Assembly: GCA_009729775.1 (NCBI GenBank)
Contig: GCA_009729775.1_4081.1
Source of the DNA: Escherichia coli
GTDB taxonomy: Bacteria > Pseudomonadota > Gammaproteobacteria > Enterobacterales > Enterobacteriaceae
Reading direction: 5' to 3' (one strand)
Length of the DNA stretch: 64,000 bases
Part shown: positions 21,618 to 30,769 of the stretch, piece after piece
Position numbering within the stretch: position 1 is the stretch's first letter
Layout of the letters: each line of letters opens with the position of its first letter
Position numbers and translations under genes: made by a program
Notes under the pieces: generated by a model
The model's input: only the letters and a program-made list of their open reading frames with translations
Told to the model about the DNA's origin: nothing
The model's database searches: none

Positions 21618-21836
21618 TTATTTTGAATTATACAAGCAGTACAGGTATACCAATGGAGTAAAATGTTCGGAATCTATTATATATATTAACTGAGTAACAT
21701 ATATTCCATATAGATCTCGTGATTTATCTCTGTACATTAACAATGATTTATTTAAGTAAGGATCAACCCAGTACTTAATATCATTGTACTTCAACGTGTT
21801 GTTACGGTAACCTGATAGTTTTGAATTTTTATTCAA
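21618..21836 (-). CDS. hypothetical small protein (72 aa)
   Basis: ORF in track; overlaps upstream gene stop. Confidence 0.3.
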   Translation of the reverse strand: MNKNSKLSGYRNNTLKYNDIKYWVDPYLNKSLLMYRDKSRDLYGIYVTQLIYIIDSEHFTPLVYLYCLYNSK

Positions 21837-22206
21837 TTTTCTTACAATTACTCAGTAAGTGAATGATATCATCAGCAGTGAATGGTCCCAATACCAGAAC
21901 TTCTTCACCATTACCGAAAATGCTCAATGGCACTGATTGTTGACCAGCTAGATATTCAATTTGTTCCAGTTCGAAAATGTCATCAGCAGCATATACTACC
22001 TGCTCCATTTCATTATCTTTAATCCATGACTGCCAATGTTCTTTAAACTTCTTAGCTTCGTATTCTTGAACATAGTTAGGTGATTCAGGGTTGTATTGAT
22101 GTAACATAGTCATCCCAGCCATTACTAATTCTTTAGGGGATGGTGTAGAATCTTTCAGTACTACGATAGCTTGGATAGTTTTTACTTTAACGTCATTAGC
22201 AGCCAT
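21829..22206 (-). CDS. hypothetical protein (125 aa)
   Basis: ORF in track. Confidence 0.5.
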   Translation of the reverse strand: MAANDVKVKTIQAIVVLKDSTPSPKELVMAGMTMLHQYNPESPNYVQEYEAKKFKEHWQSWIKDNEMEQVVYAADDIFELEQIEYLAGQQSVPLSIFGNGEEVLVLGPFTADDIIHLLSNCKKIE

Positions 22207-22218
22207 TATATACCTCTA

Positions 22219-22536
22219 TTATAGAATGATTTTATTCTCAGGAACGAAAACTTTTGGAGTGTTTTCGATTGCTTTAATAGCATCAACATAAGCATCAACT
22301 AATGCAGGGTTTGCATCACTAACACTAATAATGTTGGATTTATAAAAAATAACATTTTTCTCCATACTAACAAACTCTAGATAATCACGAAGAATGATTT
22401 CACCATTTTCGTCAGTCCCTAGTTGTGCTGGGTAGTTAACTACAACAGCTTCAGCAGAATCGGTTTGAAGAACTGCTAGTACTGGGCCAATGTTATTGAT
22501 GTTTAGTAGTTTAACGGTCATAGTCATTTTTGTCAA
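22219..22536 (-). CDS. hypothetical protein (105 aa)
   Basis: ORF in track. Confidence 0.5.
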   Translation of the reverse strand: MTKMTMTVKLLNINNIGPVLAVLQTDSAEAVVVNYPAQLGTDENGEIILRDYLEFVSMEKNVIFYKSNIISVSDANPALVDAYVDAIKAIENTPKVFVPENKIIL

Positions 22537-22546
22537 GTCCTTTTGT

Positions 22547-23023
22547 TTATTTTAGAATGTATAAGTGTTTTTCTGCATTGACCAGACGGTGATCAATGAT
22601 TTCTTTGATAACGTTCCAGTTACCGCCGCCCAAATCGGCTCCAATTTTCGGGAAATGTACATGAACATCTCGATCAACTTTACAAAAATAATTTAGATGT
22701 TTGAACACATCGTCAATTGCATCATAACTGACATATTTAGCACCGTCATTACCGTACATTTTTTGGGTAATACAGTTTGCAATAATCAAATTATCGTTAA
22801 TTGCTGAATATGCAATTTGTCCAATTCTAAGAAATCCCATTTCCTTTTCATATGCTTTATAATCATCATATGCCATTGGATAACGATTTCTTAGTTCTTT
22901 TGCAAAACCTGAACCCATTTTACCCTGTGCGTTACAACCATGAGCAATTATATGTAATGCATTTTGATCATCGGTAACAGTACTGAACAATTCAAACAGA
23001 TTACCTCTGTGTTCATGTATCAT
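22547..23023 (-). CDS. macro-domain (ADP-ribose binding/processing) protein
   Basis: 158 aa; HGCNAQGKMGSGFAKEL and FPKIGADLGGGNW resemble macro-domain N-x-N-x-G-G-G and FP-x-I-G-x-G motifs. Confidence 0.6.
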   Translation of the reverse strand: MIHEHRGNLFELFSTVTDDQNALHIIAHGCNAQGKMGSGFAKELRNRYPMAYDDYKAYEKEMGFLRIGQIAYSAINDNLIIANCITQKMYGNDGAKYVSYDAIDDVFKHLNYFCKVDRDVHVHFPKIGADLGGGNWNVIKEIIDHRLVNAEKHLYILK

Positions 23024-23071
23024 TATATTCTCCGAAAAGAAAGGACTCTTTTACAGAGTCCTTATTTTAAA

Positions 23072-23329
23072 TTATTCTTCTTCACCGAAACGGATTTTCT
23101 TTAATTCTTTTCGATGCTTTCTAGCTATTGTACTTTTGTGAAGTCTATTACTGCGTTTTGTGTCTTTTGTAATGTACCATGAATCTTCTGGTGCATCATA
23201 ATCACAAAATCCATCTTCCGTAATTGTTCCTAAAAATGCAGATTTTTTAGGAATATTAGTTTGAGCTTTAGCCTGAAATTGACCTTTTGCTAATTGTTCA
23301 CGAAAACTGAGCATAATAGTATCTCCCAA
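23072..23329 (-). CDS. hypothetical protein (85 aa)
   Basis: ORF in track; basic C-terminus. Confidence 0.45.
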   Translation of the reverse strand: MGDTIMLSFREQLAKGQFQAKAQTNIPKKSAFLGTITEDGFCDYDAPEDSWYITKDTKRSNRLHKSTIARKHRKELKKIRFGEEE

Positions 23330-23360
23330 ATTGTTAAGAAGAACTTTTTGTTCTTCACAT

Positions 23361-23612
23361 TTATTTAGGGTTGCCAGAAACCTTCACATATTTGATAAAT
23401 GCCAAAATATCATCTTTACTAAAAGATTTTACAATAAATTCGACAGCCGAATCATACTGTTCTTGTTTAGATAGATATTCTTTCATTTTGTTAATTTTAA
23501 TCTGGGCTTTTTCTTTAGCTATTGAAATATCAGGAATTTTGAACTCTACTCCCAACGTATCAGCTAGTTGTTTTGCACGAGATGATACTTTTTCAATATC
23601 CATTAGTTCCAA
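23361..23612 (-). CDS. hypothetical protein (83 aa)
   Basis: ORF in track. Confidence 0.45.
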   Translation of the reverse strand: MELMDIEKVSSRAKQLADTLGVEFKIPDISIAKEKAQIKINKMKEYLSKQEQYDSAVEFIVKSFSKDDILAFIKYVKVSGNPK

Positions 23613-23851
23613 CGACCTTCTTTAAGACCTTCAATAAATCCAGTACAACCACCTGGTACATAAATGTCATTTACGAAAATTTGAGGAACTTGACGAACTG
23701 GTTCACCACAAATTTCAGACAGTTTTGAACCATCGATACCTTCAGCAACAATATCTACAAACTCCATTTCAAATTTATTTTGTTCACATACAGCTTTTGC
23801 AGTGTCGCAAAATTTACAACCAGTCTTGCGACCATAAATTTTAACTTTCAT
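23603..23851 (-). CDS. nrdC: glutaredoxin / NrdC-like thioredoxin
   Basis: 82 aa; CKFC redox motif near N-terminus and VPQIF; resembles T4 NrdC. Confidence 0.8.
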   Translation of the reverse strand: MKVKIYGRKTGCKFCDTAKAVCEQNKFEMEFVDIVAEGIDGSKLSEICGEPVRQVPQIFVNDIYVPGGCTGFIEGLKEGRWN

Positions 23852-23852
23852 G

Positions 23853-24254
23853 TTATTTCCTTCTATTTCTTTGAAAAGCTTTAACAGCTTTAATAATACT
23901 GTTACACATTCGTTCAGTCAAATACTTTTGACATTCTCGTACATCAATGTACATGAACTTATCCAATTCTGGATGACTCTTACCATATCTATTAGTGTAA
24001 GTACTTTTACAAACTAATTCATCTGGTATTGGTTTGTCTTTGGCAGTATAAAAGAAAAGTACTAACCTTTTTCCCTTTCTATAGGATACATCACCAAGAA
24101 ACAGAAGATCATCTTCATCGATTTCGTATCCTGTCTCTTCGAAACATTCACGTACAGCAGCTTCTTTGAAAGTTTCATTACCCTCAGCTTTCCCTTTAGG
24201 TAAATCCCAATGATTCTGTCCGTGTTGTATGTCCGATAAGTATCTGACCATCAC
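23853..24254 (-). CDS. Nudix hydrolase
   Basis: 133 aa; canonical Nudix box GKAEGNETFKEAAVRECFEETGY. Confidence 0.85.
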   Translation of the reverse strand: MMVRYLSDIQHGQNHWDLPKGKAEGNETFKEAAVRECFEETGYEIDEDDLLFLGDVSYRKGKRLVLFFYTAKDKPIPDELVCKSTYTNRYGKSHPELDKFMYIDVRECQKYLTERMCNSIIKAVKAFQRNRRK

Positions 24255-24362
24255 GATAAAATATTATACCACAACTATAACGCATATCTTATCTCTTTGT
24301 CATCAATCGATGTTCAGATACTAATAATTATATCAGTTATTGGTTTTTTGTCCCACTATTTT

Positions 24363-25475
24363 TTAGAACATTTGTTTGATTGCTTCGTAACGAAGTTCAC
24401 AAACAAAATCACGAATTTCTGACGTTTCAAGTTCACCATCTTTGACCATTTGCTGAATATCAGGCAATTCAACATCAGTATAACGATCATAAACTTTAAT
24501 AATTAGATCTTCAAGTTCTAAATCAATTTCTTTTCGCAAAATGAAGTATTCCAAAACTTTATAAAGGAATTCTTCACCTCCGTTATTTTTAATATTCATA
24601 TCCAATAAAATATTACCCATTTCAATAGGGGTCTTTTTACGGAATGTTTTGATATCATCACGGAAACGTTTGATATAATTACTAAATTTAACATACTTAA
24701 CTGGAACTTTAATAGCACCGTTAAGTACTGAATCATTATTTACTTCTTCATTTTCAAGAAGAATAGACCACAGAAAATATGGTTTATATACATCCGTACA
24801 GTTCTCTGCAATATAATCAATAAGGTCTAAATTCTTTTTGGTCAAAGATGTATTAAACACCTTTTCGTAATAACCAAATTTACTTAGCGTCTTAAGGAAC
24901 TTTGCAGGCTTTTCTTCGGAAAATGCTTTTTCGAATTCCACAAAAACACGGTCAGGAACAAGATGATTTAGTTCACCACTATTGACCATTCCAATAGCGA
25001 GTTCCTCAGTGCTTTCATGGATAGTAAAGTCTGAATAACGAGTAGCAAATCGAGCAAGACGTAACACGCGTAATGGATCTTCTTTAAAATGGTCAGAAAC
25101 ATGACGTAGTATCTTGTTCTTGATATCAGCTTTACCACCGTATGGATCGATGTGAATTTGTAGTACTGGATCATACGCAATTGCATTAATTGTAAGGTCA
25201 CGGCGATACAAATCTTGTTCTAGTGTTACGCCTTTTGTATCCACTTCAAAGCCACCATATCCAGTACCAGTTTTACGCTCAGTACGGGCTAATGCGTGTT
25301 CATTACCTTCTGGACTTAGATATACTGGGAAATCCTTACCTACTTGCTTATAGCCAATACTTTGCAAGTACTTAAGATCAGATTCGGATGCACCAACAAT
25401 GACATAATCTTTGTCTTTTGCACGGATGCCCATTAAACGGTCACGGACGTAACCGCCAACCAAATACTTTTTCAT
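24363..25475 (-). CDS. CCA-adding tRNA nucleotidyltransferase / poly(A)-polymerase head-domain protein
   Basis: 370 aa; N-terminal LVGGYVRD...DKDY signature of class II CCA enzymes. Confidence 0.8.
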   Translation of the reverse strand: MKKYLVGGYVRDRLMGIRAKDKDYVIVGASESDLKYLQSIGYKQVGKDFPVYLSPEGNEHALARTERKTGTGYGGFEVDTKGVTLEQDLYRRDLTINAIAYDPVLQIHIDPYGGKADIKNKILRHVSDHFKEDPLRVLRLARFATRYSDFTIHESTEELAIGMVNSGELNHLVPDRVFVEFEKAFSEEKPAKFLKTLSKFGYYEKVFNTSLTKKNLDLIDYIAENCTDVYKPYFLWSILLENEEVNNDSVLNGAIKVPVKYVKFSNYIKRFRDDIKTFRKKTPIEMGNILLDMNIKNNGGEEFLYKVLEYFILRKEIDLELEDLIIKVYDRYTDVELPDIQQMVKDGELETSEIRDFVCELRYEAIKQMF

Positions 25476-25476
25476 G

Positions 25477-25599
25477 TTATTCCCCCATCAGCCAATCACG
25501 TAGACGTTCCCAGAAGCCTTTTGGTTGGTATTCTGGGTATTCATATTCATCTGTGCCTTGCTCGGAAACACCCCAATCTTCTTCTAACATAGCAATCAT
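25477..25599 (-). CDS. possible small ORF (40 aa), translationally coupled to CCA enzyme gene
   Basis: ATG at 25599 preceded by GGAGG 5 nt upstream; stop TAA abuts CCA gene ATG; below track cut-off. Confidence 0.4.
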   Translation of the reverse strand: MIAMLEEDWGVSEQGTDEYEYPEYQPKGFWERLRDWLMGE

Positions 25600-25610
25600 A
25601 ATGCCTCCAA

Positions 25611-26033
25611 TTAAATTAATCTATCACGTAGACGGTCGTAATATTTTTTGTGTATAGCTAGTATACACTGATATGCAGAATAGTCAATACCAAATGTATC
25701 ATCAATGAACATGTACTGATCAAGTGTTTCCGGTCCATTATCATCAACTGGTAATGTCCCTTCTTTTTTTGATAGTGTGTGCCACATCAACTCACTTTCA
25801 ATATGGTGAGTTGCGTATGTCAATTCTATCTTACTTTTTCGTAGTAAAATTAACAATTCATCATTGTCGTCGAGTGCATTACGAAATTTAATACGAACTG
25901 TACCCTGGAAATTATTAGTGTACATAACACGATGATGATTGTATGAAATCAAACCACGTCTTTCAGTACTGATTTCGTGTTCAGCAAAGTACTTTAACGT
26001 TTCATTAAATTTTGGAATTTTAGTAACGTCCAA
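25611..26033 (-). CDS. hypothetical protein (140 aa), paralog of next gene
   Basis: Shares IDDTFGIDYSAYQ block with 26020..26436 (IEDTFGIDFDTYQ). Confidence 0.5.
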   Translation of the reverse strand: MDVTKIPKFNETLKYFAEHEISTERRGLISYNHHRVMYTNNFQGTVRIKFRNALDDNDELLILLRKSKIELTYATHHIESELMWHTLSKKEGTLPVDDNGPETLDQYMFIDDTFGIDYSAYQCILAIHKKYYDRLRDRLI

Positions 26034-26436
26034 TCACATAATCCTCATAAAGTTCGTATACCCTCATTATACTCTGATATGTATCAAAGTCAATACCAAA
26101 GGTATCCTCAATGAACTGATATTGCAAAAACTCTTCCTCTGTAGCAGCAATAGGAAGAGTCCCGTTTCGTTGTTCTGTGGATTGAACATCCTCAATATAC
26201 ATCAACACTATACCTTCATCCAGATTTATATCTATCATAAAAACATCTTCACTATAAAATATGTTATATGTACGGATGAAGAGATTTCCTGTTCTATCAT
26301 AACTTGACACGTGTGTTTCATAATACATTTTATCTAAACTAAAGAACAAACCTGTACTATCTGGCTTTTTAGTATTTTTTAATTTAATTTCGATAGCATC
26401 AATAATAGGTTTAATATCAAATTTTTTCATAGACAA
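26020..26436 (-). CDS. hypothetical protein (138 aa), paralog of previous gene
   Basis: Paralog relationship as above. Confidence 0.5.
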   Translation of the reverse strand: MSMKKFDIKPIIDAIEIKLKNTKKPDSTGLFFSLDKMYYETHVSSYDRTGNLFIRTYNIFYSEDVFMIDINLDEGIVLMYIEDVQSTEQRNGTLPIAATEEEFLQYQFIEDTFGIDFDTYQSIMRVYELYEDYVIGRY

Positions 26437-26612
26437 ATCTCATATCGATTAGTGTTTGGATCATAGCAATAATTATCATTAACTTTAACACCAGGTTTAA
26501 GTGTTATTGTTGTTCCTACTTCAGTACTGGATTCCGCATCACAGTAAATCATCACACCAACTCCTGCGAGTAAGGCTACGATACATACAATTACACCAAT
26601 GGTATATTCCAT
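26427..26612 (-). CDS. small membrane protein (61 aa)
   Basis: One hydrophobic segment VIVCIVALLAGVGVMIY. Confidence 0.4.
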   Translation of the reverse strand: MEYTIGVIVCIVALLAGVGVMIYCDAESSTEVGTTITLKPGVKVNDNYCYDPNTNRYEICL

Positions 26613-26625
26613 TTCAATTCCTCGG

Positions 26626-27021
26626 TTATAAAAAGTAATTATACAGTTTATTGTACAATATAAAAAGGTCTTTCACATTATCATAAGTAATATCAGATAC
26701 ATCATGAATTAATGATAACTGAAAAAATGAAGCTTCGTCTATTTCTGCTGGAATTATAACATCACCATCGTCTTCGTCCATTTTATTAGTGTAGTATTTT
26801 ATGTGATCTACATTCAACTCAATAGAGAACGCAATGTTGGTTTTTGTATAATCTTCAATTAATCCAATATATTGAGATTTTTCATTAATAAAAAATCCAA
26901 TCCCAACACAACGGTTATCTGGATATGGATAGTACCATCTATTAATAACTAGGTGTTCAGGTAAGTCCATATCATGTGTTGATATTATAGATTTTACAAT
27001 TTCCATCCAGGAATAATTCAT
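26626..27021 (-). CDS. hypothetical protein (131 aa)
   Basis: ORF in track. Confidence 0.5.
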   Translation of the reverse strand: MNYSWMEIVKSIISTHDMDLPEHLVINRWYYPYPDNRCVGIGFFINEKSQYIGLIEDYTKTNIAFSIELNVDHIKYYTNKMDEDDGDVIIPAEIDEASFFQLSLIHDVSDITYDNVKDLFILYNKLYNYFL

Positions 27022-27074
27022 AATTAAAACTCCATAAGAAAAGGGACAGAATTAATCTGTCCCTTTAGTATATA

Positions 27075-27407
27075 TTACTCTTCGTTTTCTGTCAAATCAT
27101 CAAGAACTGGGTGTTCTGGATGGTTTCGGCGGTGTAATTTAATGCTTTTGTCTTTACTGAATACAGTTTCCATTTTTTCAAATGAATCACCAATTGCTTT
27201 GTATAAATCTGCTGCATCGGCAGTAACTGATTTACTACCTGATGTTAGAGTCACAGAGTATTGAGACTTATGCTCTTTCTTCACATGAACTTCAATATCC
27301 ATTACAGTTGAAGTACGGAACTTTTCAAGACATTTAGCACCATCGTAAATTGCATCTTGAATTGCTGTAGTAAAATCAACATTACCTTGAATATTTAATT
27401 TTAGCAT
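27075..27407 (-). CDS. ribosome hibernation factor homolog (HPF/RaiA/YfiA family)
   Basis: 110 aa; aligns by eye along full length with E. coli HPF/RaiA as recalled (LNIxGN..TxAI..KLE...TL...A.A..D.Y.AI....K.E..L.K.K). Confidence 0.7.
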   Translation of the reverse strand: MLKLNIQGNVDFTTAIQDAIYDGAKCLEKFRTSTVMDIEVHVKKEHKSQYSVTLTSGSKSVTADAADLYKAIGDSFEKMETVFSKDKSIKLHRRNHPEHPVLDDLTENEE

Positions 27408-27423
27408 AATTTACCTACCTTTT

Positions 27424-28383
27424 TTAGAGTGAACTTAACAACAAATCTGCTCGGTTTGTAACTTGACGATACCATAAGGAATTCATTATTTCTTTTTTAA
27501 ATTTCTTAGGGTTATCATTTTTTACACTGTTCCAAAGTTTATTAAACGAAGCTAACTTATCTACTCCCATTGTATAGCACATTTCAAAAAGAATACGTTG
27601 TTGTTCTTTGGTCAGATTTACTGCTTGTTTTTTCTGCATCAATAATAAAAAGTCATCATATGTTCTTTTCATATCTTGCATTAAAAGTTTGTTGGCTTGA
27701 GCTTTGGTAATACCGTTTCTGTACTTGATAGCATCAGATTCTTTTCTTCCCAAATAATGCCCATAACCGATTGTATAATTACCTTTCATATCCTTGTAAG
27801 GATGAAATTTAGAATTGTGGAAAGGAACTCCGACTTTCCCACCAAGTAAACGGCGTTTGTTCTTGGACTGAAATTCAATTGAACCTTCAGCTTCTTTGAT
27901 GTGATTGACAATTTCTGGATCATTATAATCAAACTGTACAGTCACATCTGGTAACAATACGTTCTTCAAATCCTCTTTTGTTGGGATAAAGATACCCTGA
28001 GAAGTATGAAGAGTAGCATTTAAATTGATATTTTTCAACAAAATAACATACTCTTCAAGTTGTACATTTTTAGGTTTAAACTTTTTAGCAATAGAATAAT
28101 AACTATCACCAGGTTGAACCGTATAATGCTTCTCGCCGCGTGGAACATCCTTTGATATTTCTACCTTTGGTAATTCCTGCTTTTGAATTTGCGTAACTTG
28201 TGGTTTTAAATTGTGTACCTGACTTTCGTCCGATGATGATACACGATCATTTTGAGAAAAACCATAAAATCCAATCGCAGCGACAAGTACTGTGCAAACT
28301 AGAACACCATAAGTAGTCTTAGTTTTCAGTGCTTTTTTCGCTTGTTTCAAAACGCCTCCTTTGTTGATTGTTAAGATGGGCAA
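27424..28383 (-). CDS. membrane-anchored LysM + T4-lysozyme-like (GH24) protein, endolysin candidate
   Basis: 319 aa; N-terminal hydrophobic segment; LysM (HYTVQPGDSYYSIAKKF); C-terminal GNYTIGYGH...lysozyme-like region resembling T4 e. Confidence 0.7.
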   Translation of the reverse strand: MPILTINKGGVLKQAKKALKTKTTYGVLVCTVLVAAIGFYGFSQNDRVSSSDESQVHNLKPQVTQIQKQELPKVEISKDVPRGEKHYTVQPGDSYYSIAKKFKPKNVQLEEYVILLKNINLNATLHTSQGIFIPTKEDLKNVLLPDVTVQFDYNDPEIVNHIKEAEGSIEFQSKNKRRLLGGKVGVPFHNSKFHPYKDMKGNYTIGYGHYLGRKESDAIKYRNGITKAQANKLLMQDMKRTYDDFLLLMQKKQAVNLTKEQQRILFEMCYTMGVDKLASFNKLWNSVKNDNPKKFKKEIMNSLWYRQVTNRADLLLSSL

Positions 28384-28518
28384 TCACAAAGATGGCAAAG
28401 AGGCCATTTGCAAAAGCCTCATCGGACTTTCTACAGTACAAAAACGTTCTTTTCAAATGTTTAAGTAGTATAGCATATTTTTATTTTATTACAAGACATA
28501 TTTACTGTAAAAACCACA

Positions 28519-28929
28519 TTAATCGTAGTAGGTTCTACCTACAGTTATGTGATATTTAAAGTACTTGGTTGGTAGTCCTAGTTCATTTCTAATATGTGTG
28601 ATGAAATCATCTTCAAATTCAATGATAAAGAATGAACCTGGATTCTTTTTATCTTTTACTATCTCAATACAAGGATTGAACTTTATCTTTACTTTCATTC
28701 CATCGTATTTTTTCCAGAACTCTTCATGTGGTGGTACTTCACCACGCACTATACTAACATGTGCTCCCCATTGAGGATCTTTAACGTCAATATGTAAATC
28801 AGTTCTGATGAAGTACTGGTAGTATCTAACCAACTGTAATGGAAGTTGCAGTACTAACCAGAAGTCCTTCTTCTTTTTCATAGTGCCACGGTCTGGATCA
28901 TACACCAGAGTTCCTTCCATTTCAATCAT
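28519..28929 (-). CDS. 2H phosphoesterase-superfamily protein (LigT-like)
   Basis: 136 aa; two H-x-[ST]-x motifs (AHVSIV and YHITVG) about 72 residues apart. Confidence 0.5.
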   Translation of the reverse strand: MIEMEGTLVYDPDRGTMKKKKDFWLVLQLPLQLVRYYQYFIRTDLHIDVKDPQWGAHVSIVRGEVPPHEEFWKKYDGMKVKIKFNPCIEIVKDKKNPGSFFIIEFEDDFITHIRNELGLPTKYFKYHITVGRTYYD

Positions 28930-28936
28930 ATTTTAC

Positions 28937-29140
28937 CTATAAAATTACATATATGTTTTTATTTTCAATACGAACATATGTTTCCAAAACATCTTTCGGA
29001 ATTTTATTACTTGTTTTGAACCATGTAGTATTCTCTACTAAAACAAAAGTTTCACCTTCAGTTTCACCAAATGTACTTAGTGCATAAATGAAGTAATTTG
29101 GTGCTGCACTACAATAGATATCAGCATTAATTTCAATCAT
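28937..29140 (-). CDS. hypothetical small protein (67 aa)
   Basis: ORF in track. Confidence 0.35.
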   Translation of the reverse strand: MIEINADIYCSAAPNYFIYALSTFGETEGETFVLVENTTWFKTSNKIPKDVLETYVRIENKNIYVIL

Positions 29141-29286
29141 ATGTTACACCACAATAAAGCTTAATACAACGAGTGTAATAAACACACCCACAATAGCAGT
29201 CATTTCTGGGTTTGCATCATATGTATAGCGTATACATTTTAGAAAATCTTTACCAAATTTCTTTAGTCCATTCATATATTTTCCTT

Positions 29287-29643
29287 TTATTTCTTGTGTA
29301 AAGGTTCATCACTTTCATAATAAATTGTATCATTATTTCGCTCTATAGTAAAGCTCTTTTGACACAACTCTTCAGCTAAACCCTTTGCATAGTTTAATAC
29401 ATCTCGGTTGAGATATACTTCTTCTTTTGGAAAGCGTGGGTACTGAATAATACGAGCACACATCCCACTTTCAAGACCGCCAGTGTAGATATATTCACAG
29501 GGAATTAATTGTACACAAAAGCCATACTTAAACGCAAATTTTCTTGTGTACTCTCTTGCTGTTTGAATATCACCAGCAATATGGATATTCCAGTACTGTG
29601 TCTCCACTGTACCTTTATCGATGTATTTCATACTCATCTCCAA
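29287..29643 (-). CDS. hypothetical protein (118 aa)
   Basis: ORF in track. Confidence 0.45.
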   Translation of the reverse strand: MEMSMKYIDKGTVETQYWNIHIAGDIQTAREYTRKFAFKYGFCVQLIPCEYIYTGGLESGMCARIIQYPRFPKEEVYLNRDVLNYAKGLAEELCQKSFTIERNNDTIYYESDEPLHKK

Positions 29644-29660
29644 TTATAGCACTAAAAATC

Positions 29661-30050
29661 TCACTTTCCCAACTCTTCTATGATTCTTTTTATTGAATCA
29701 TGATTTTCCAGACATAAAGTACTGTAATTTCTGCCAGTTTTTTCATTGAGGTCGTCGATTTCAATCATAAGATATCCATATGTAATATCTTGAACCCTAC
29801 TTCGTTTTACCCTTGAGTACAGCTTGATTGGTACTGATACACGAGTATTCAAAAACAATTCAGATAAATCATAACGATACACCTGGTATTCATTCTTGGA
29901 ACGCTTACGACTGTACGATTCTAAACACTGCGGATAACGTCTATCAAAAATACTGGTCCTTAGCTGAAGAATCATCGGATCTAACTTATGTGAGTAATAT
30001 TTTTTAATTATTTTCTCAAAACGCTTAATGTGACGTTTCTTCCATCTCAT
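29661..30050 (-). CDS. hypothetical protein (129 aa)
   Basis: ORF in track; basic N-terminus. Confidence 0.45.
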   Translation of the reverse strand: MRWKKRHIKRFEKIIKKYYSHKLDPMILQLRTSIFDRRYPQCLESYSRKRSKNEYQVYRYDLSELFLNTRVSVPIKLYSRVKRSRVQDITYGYLMIEIDDLNEKTGRNYSTLCLENHDSIKRIIEELGK

Positions 30051-30544
30051 GTTCTAACTCCTTTCAATAATACAATAGGAAAATACTGTGTATCTCTATC
30101 AGAAATACTATTACAGTACTCAATAATTTCTTGATGGAGTGTGTTTATATAAATGCTAGGATATGGAATTGGTGTTTGTATTAGTCCAGAACTATAAACA
30201 CAATCAGTTCTTTGACAATCAATATAGTGTGTTGTTGGTATACCTTTACCACGTTCCTCAACTACAATTGAGTACGTGTCAGCAATAAAGATGAACGCAT
30301 TGTTAATTGATACATATTGGAGGGAATACACATCATCATGAACTTCAATCAAAGGACCATCAAAATTCATCAATACCGAACGGCGATATCCTAACACATC
30401 ACTCATTGCATCGAACTGTTCTTGTGATGAAAGAAAACAAAAACACGTATCACGACATACGTCTATAAAACGCTTAAATGTTTCTGTTTCTATAAGCATA
30501 TAATTTTCCTTAAAAAAGACCCCACATAGTGAGGTCAAATACAT
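30047..30544 (-). CDS. hypothetical protein (165 aa)
   Basis: ORF in track; 4-nt overlap with downstream gene. Confidence 0.5.
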   Translation of the reverse strand: MYLTSLCGVFFKENYMLIETETFKRFIDVCRDTCFCFLSSQEQFDAMSDVLGYRRSVLMNFDGPLIEVHDDVYSLQYVSINNAFIFIADTYSIVVEERGKGIPTTHYIDCQRTDCVYSSGLIQTPIPYPSIYINTLHQEIIEYCNSISDRDTQYFPIVLLKGVRT

Positions 30545-30769
30545 TTAATCGTTATCATCATCCAATGCGTCACGGTAAACATAATAAACATGTGCACCTA
30601 GCAAAGCAATAAGTACAATAAAGACTAACCAGAATGGTACAAAATGCAGTACTAGAGAAAATGCCAGTACTGTAATAACCATTACAACTGAACTGAAAAT
30701 AAGACGGACTGCTTTTTCAAATCCAGATAGTAAATTTTTAAAGATTTTTTTCATAAATGAATCAACCAT
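30545..30769 (-). CDS. small membrane protein with two TM segments and acidic C-terminus (holin-like features)
   Basis: 74 aa; two hydrophobic stretches and DALDDDND tail; holin role is speculative. Confidence 0.45.
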   Translation of the reverse strand: MVDSFMKKIFKNLLSGFEKAVRLIFSSVVMVITVLAFSLVLHFVPFWLVFIVLIALLGAHVYYVYRDALDDDND

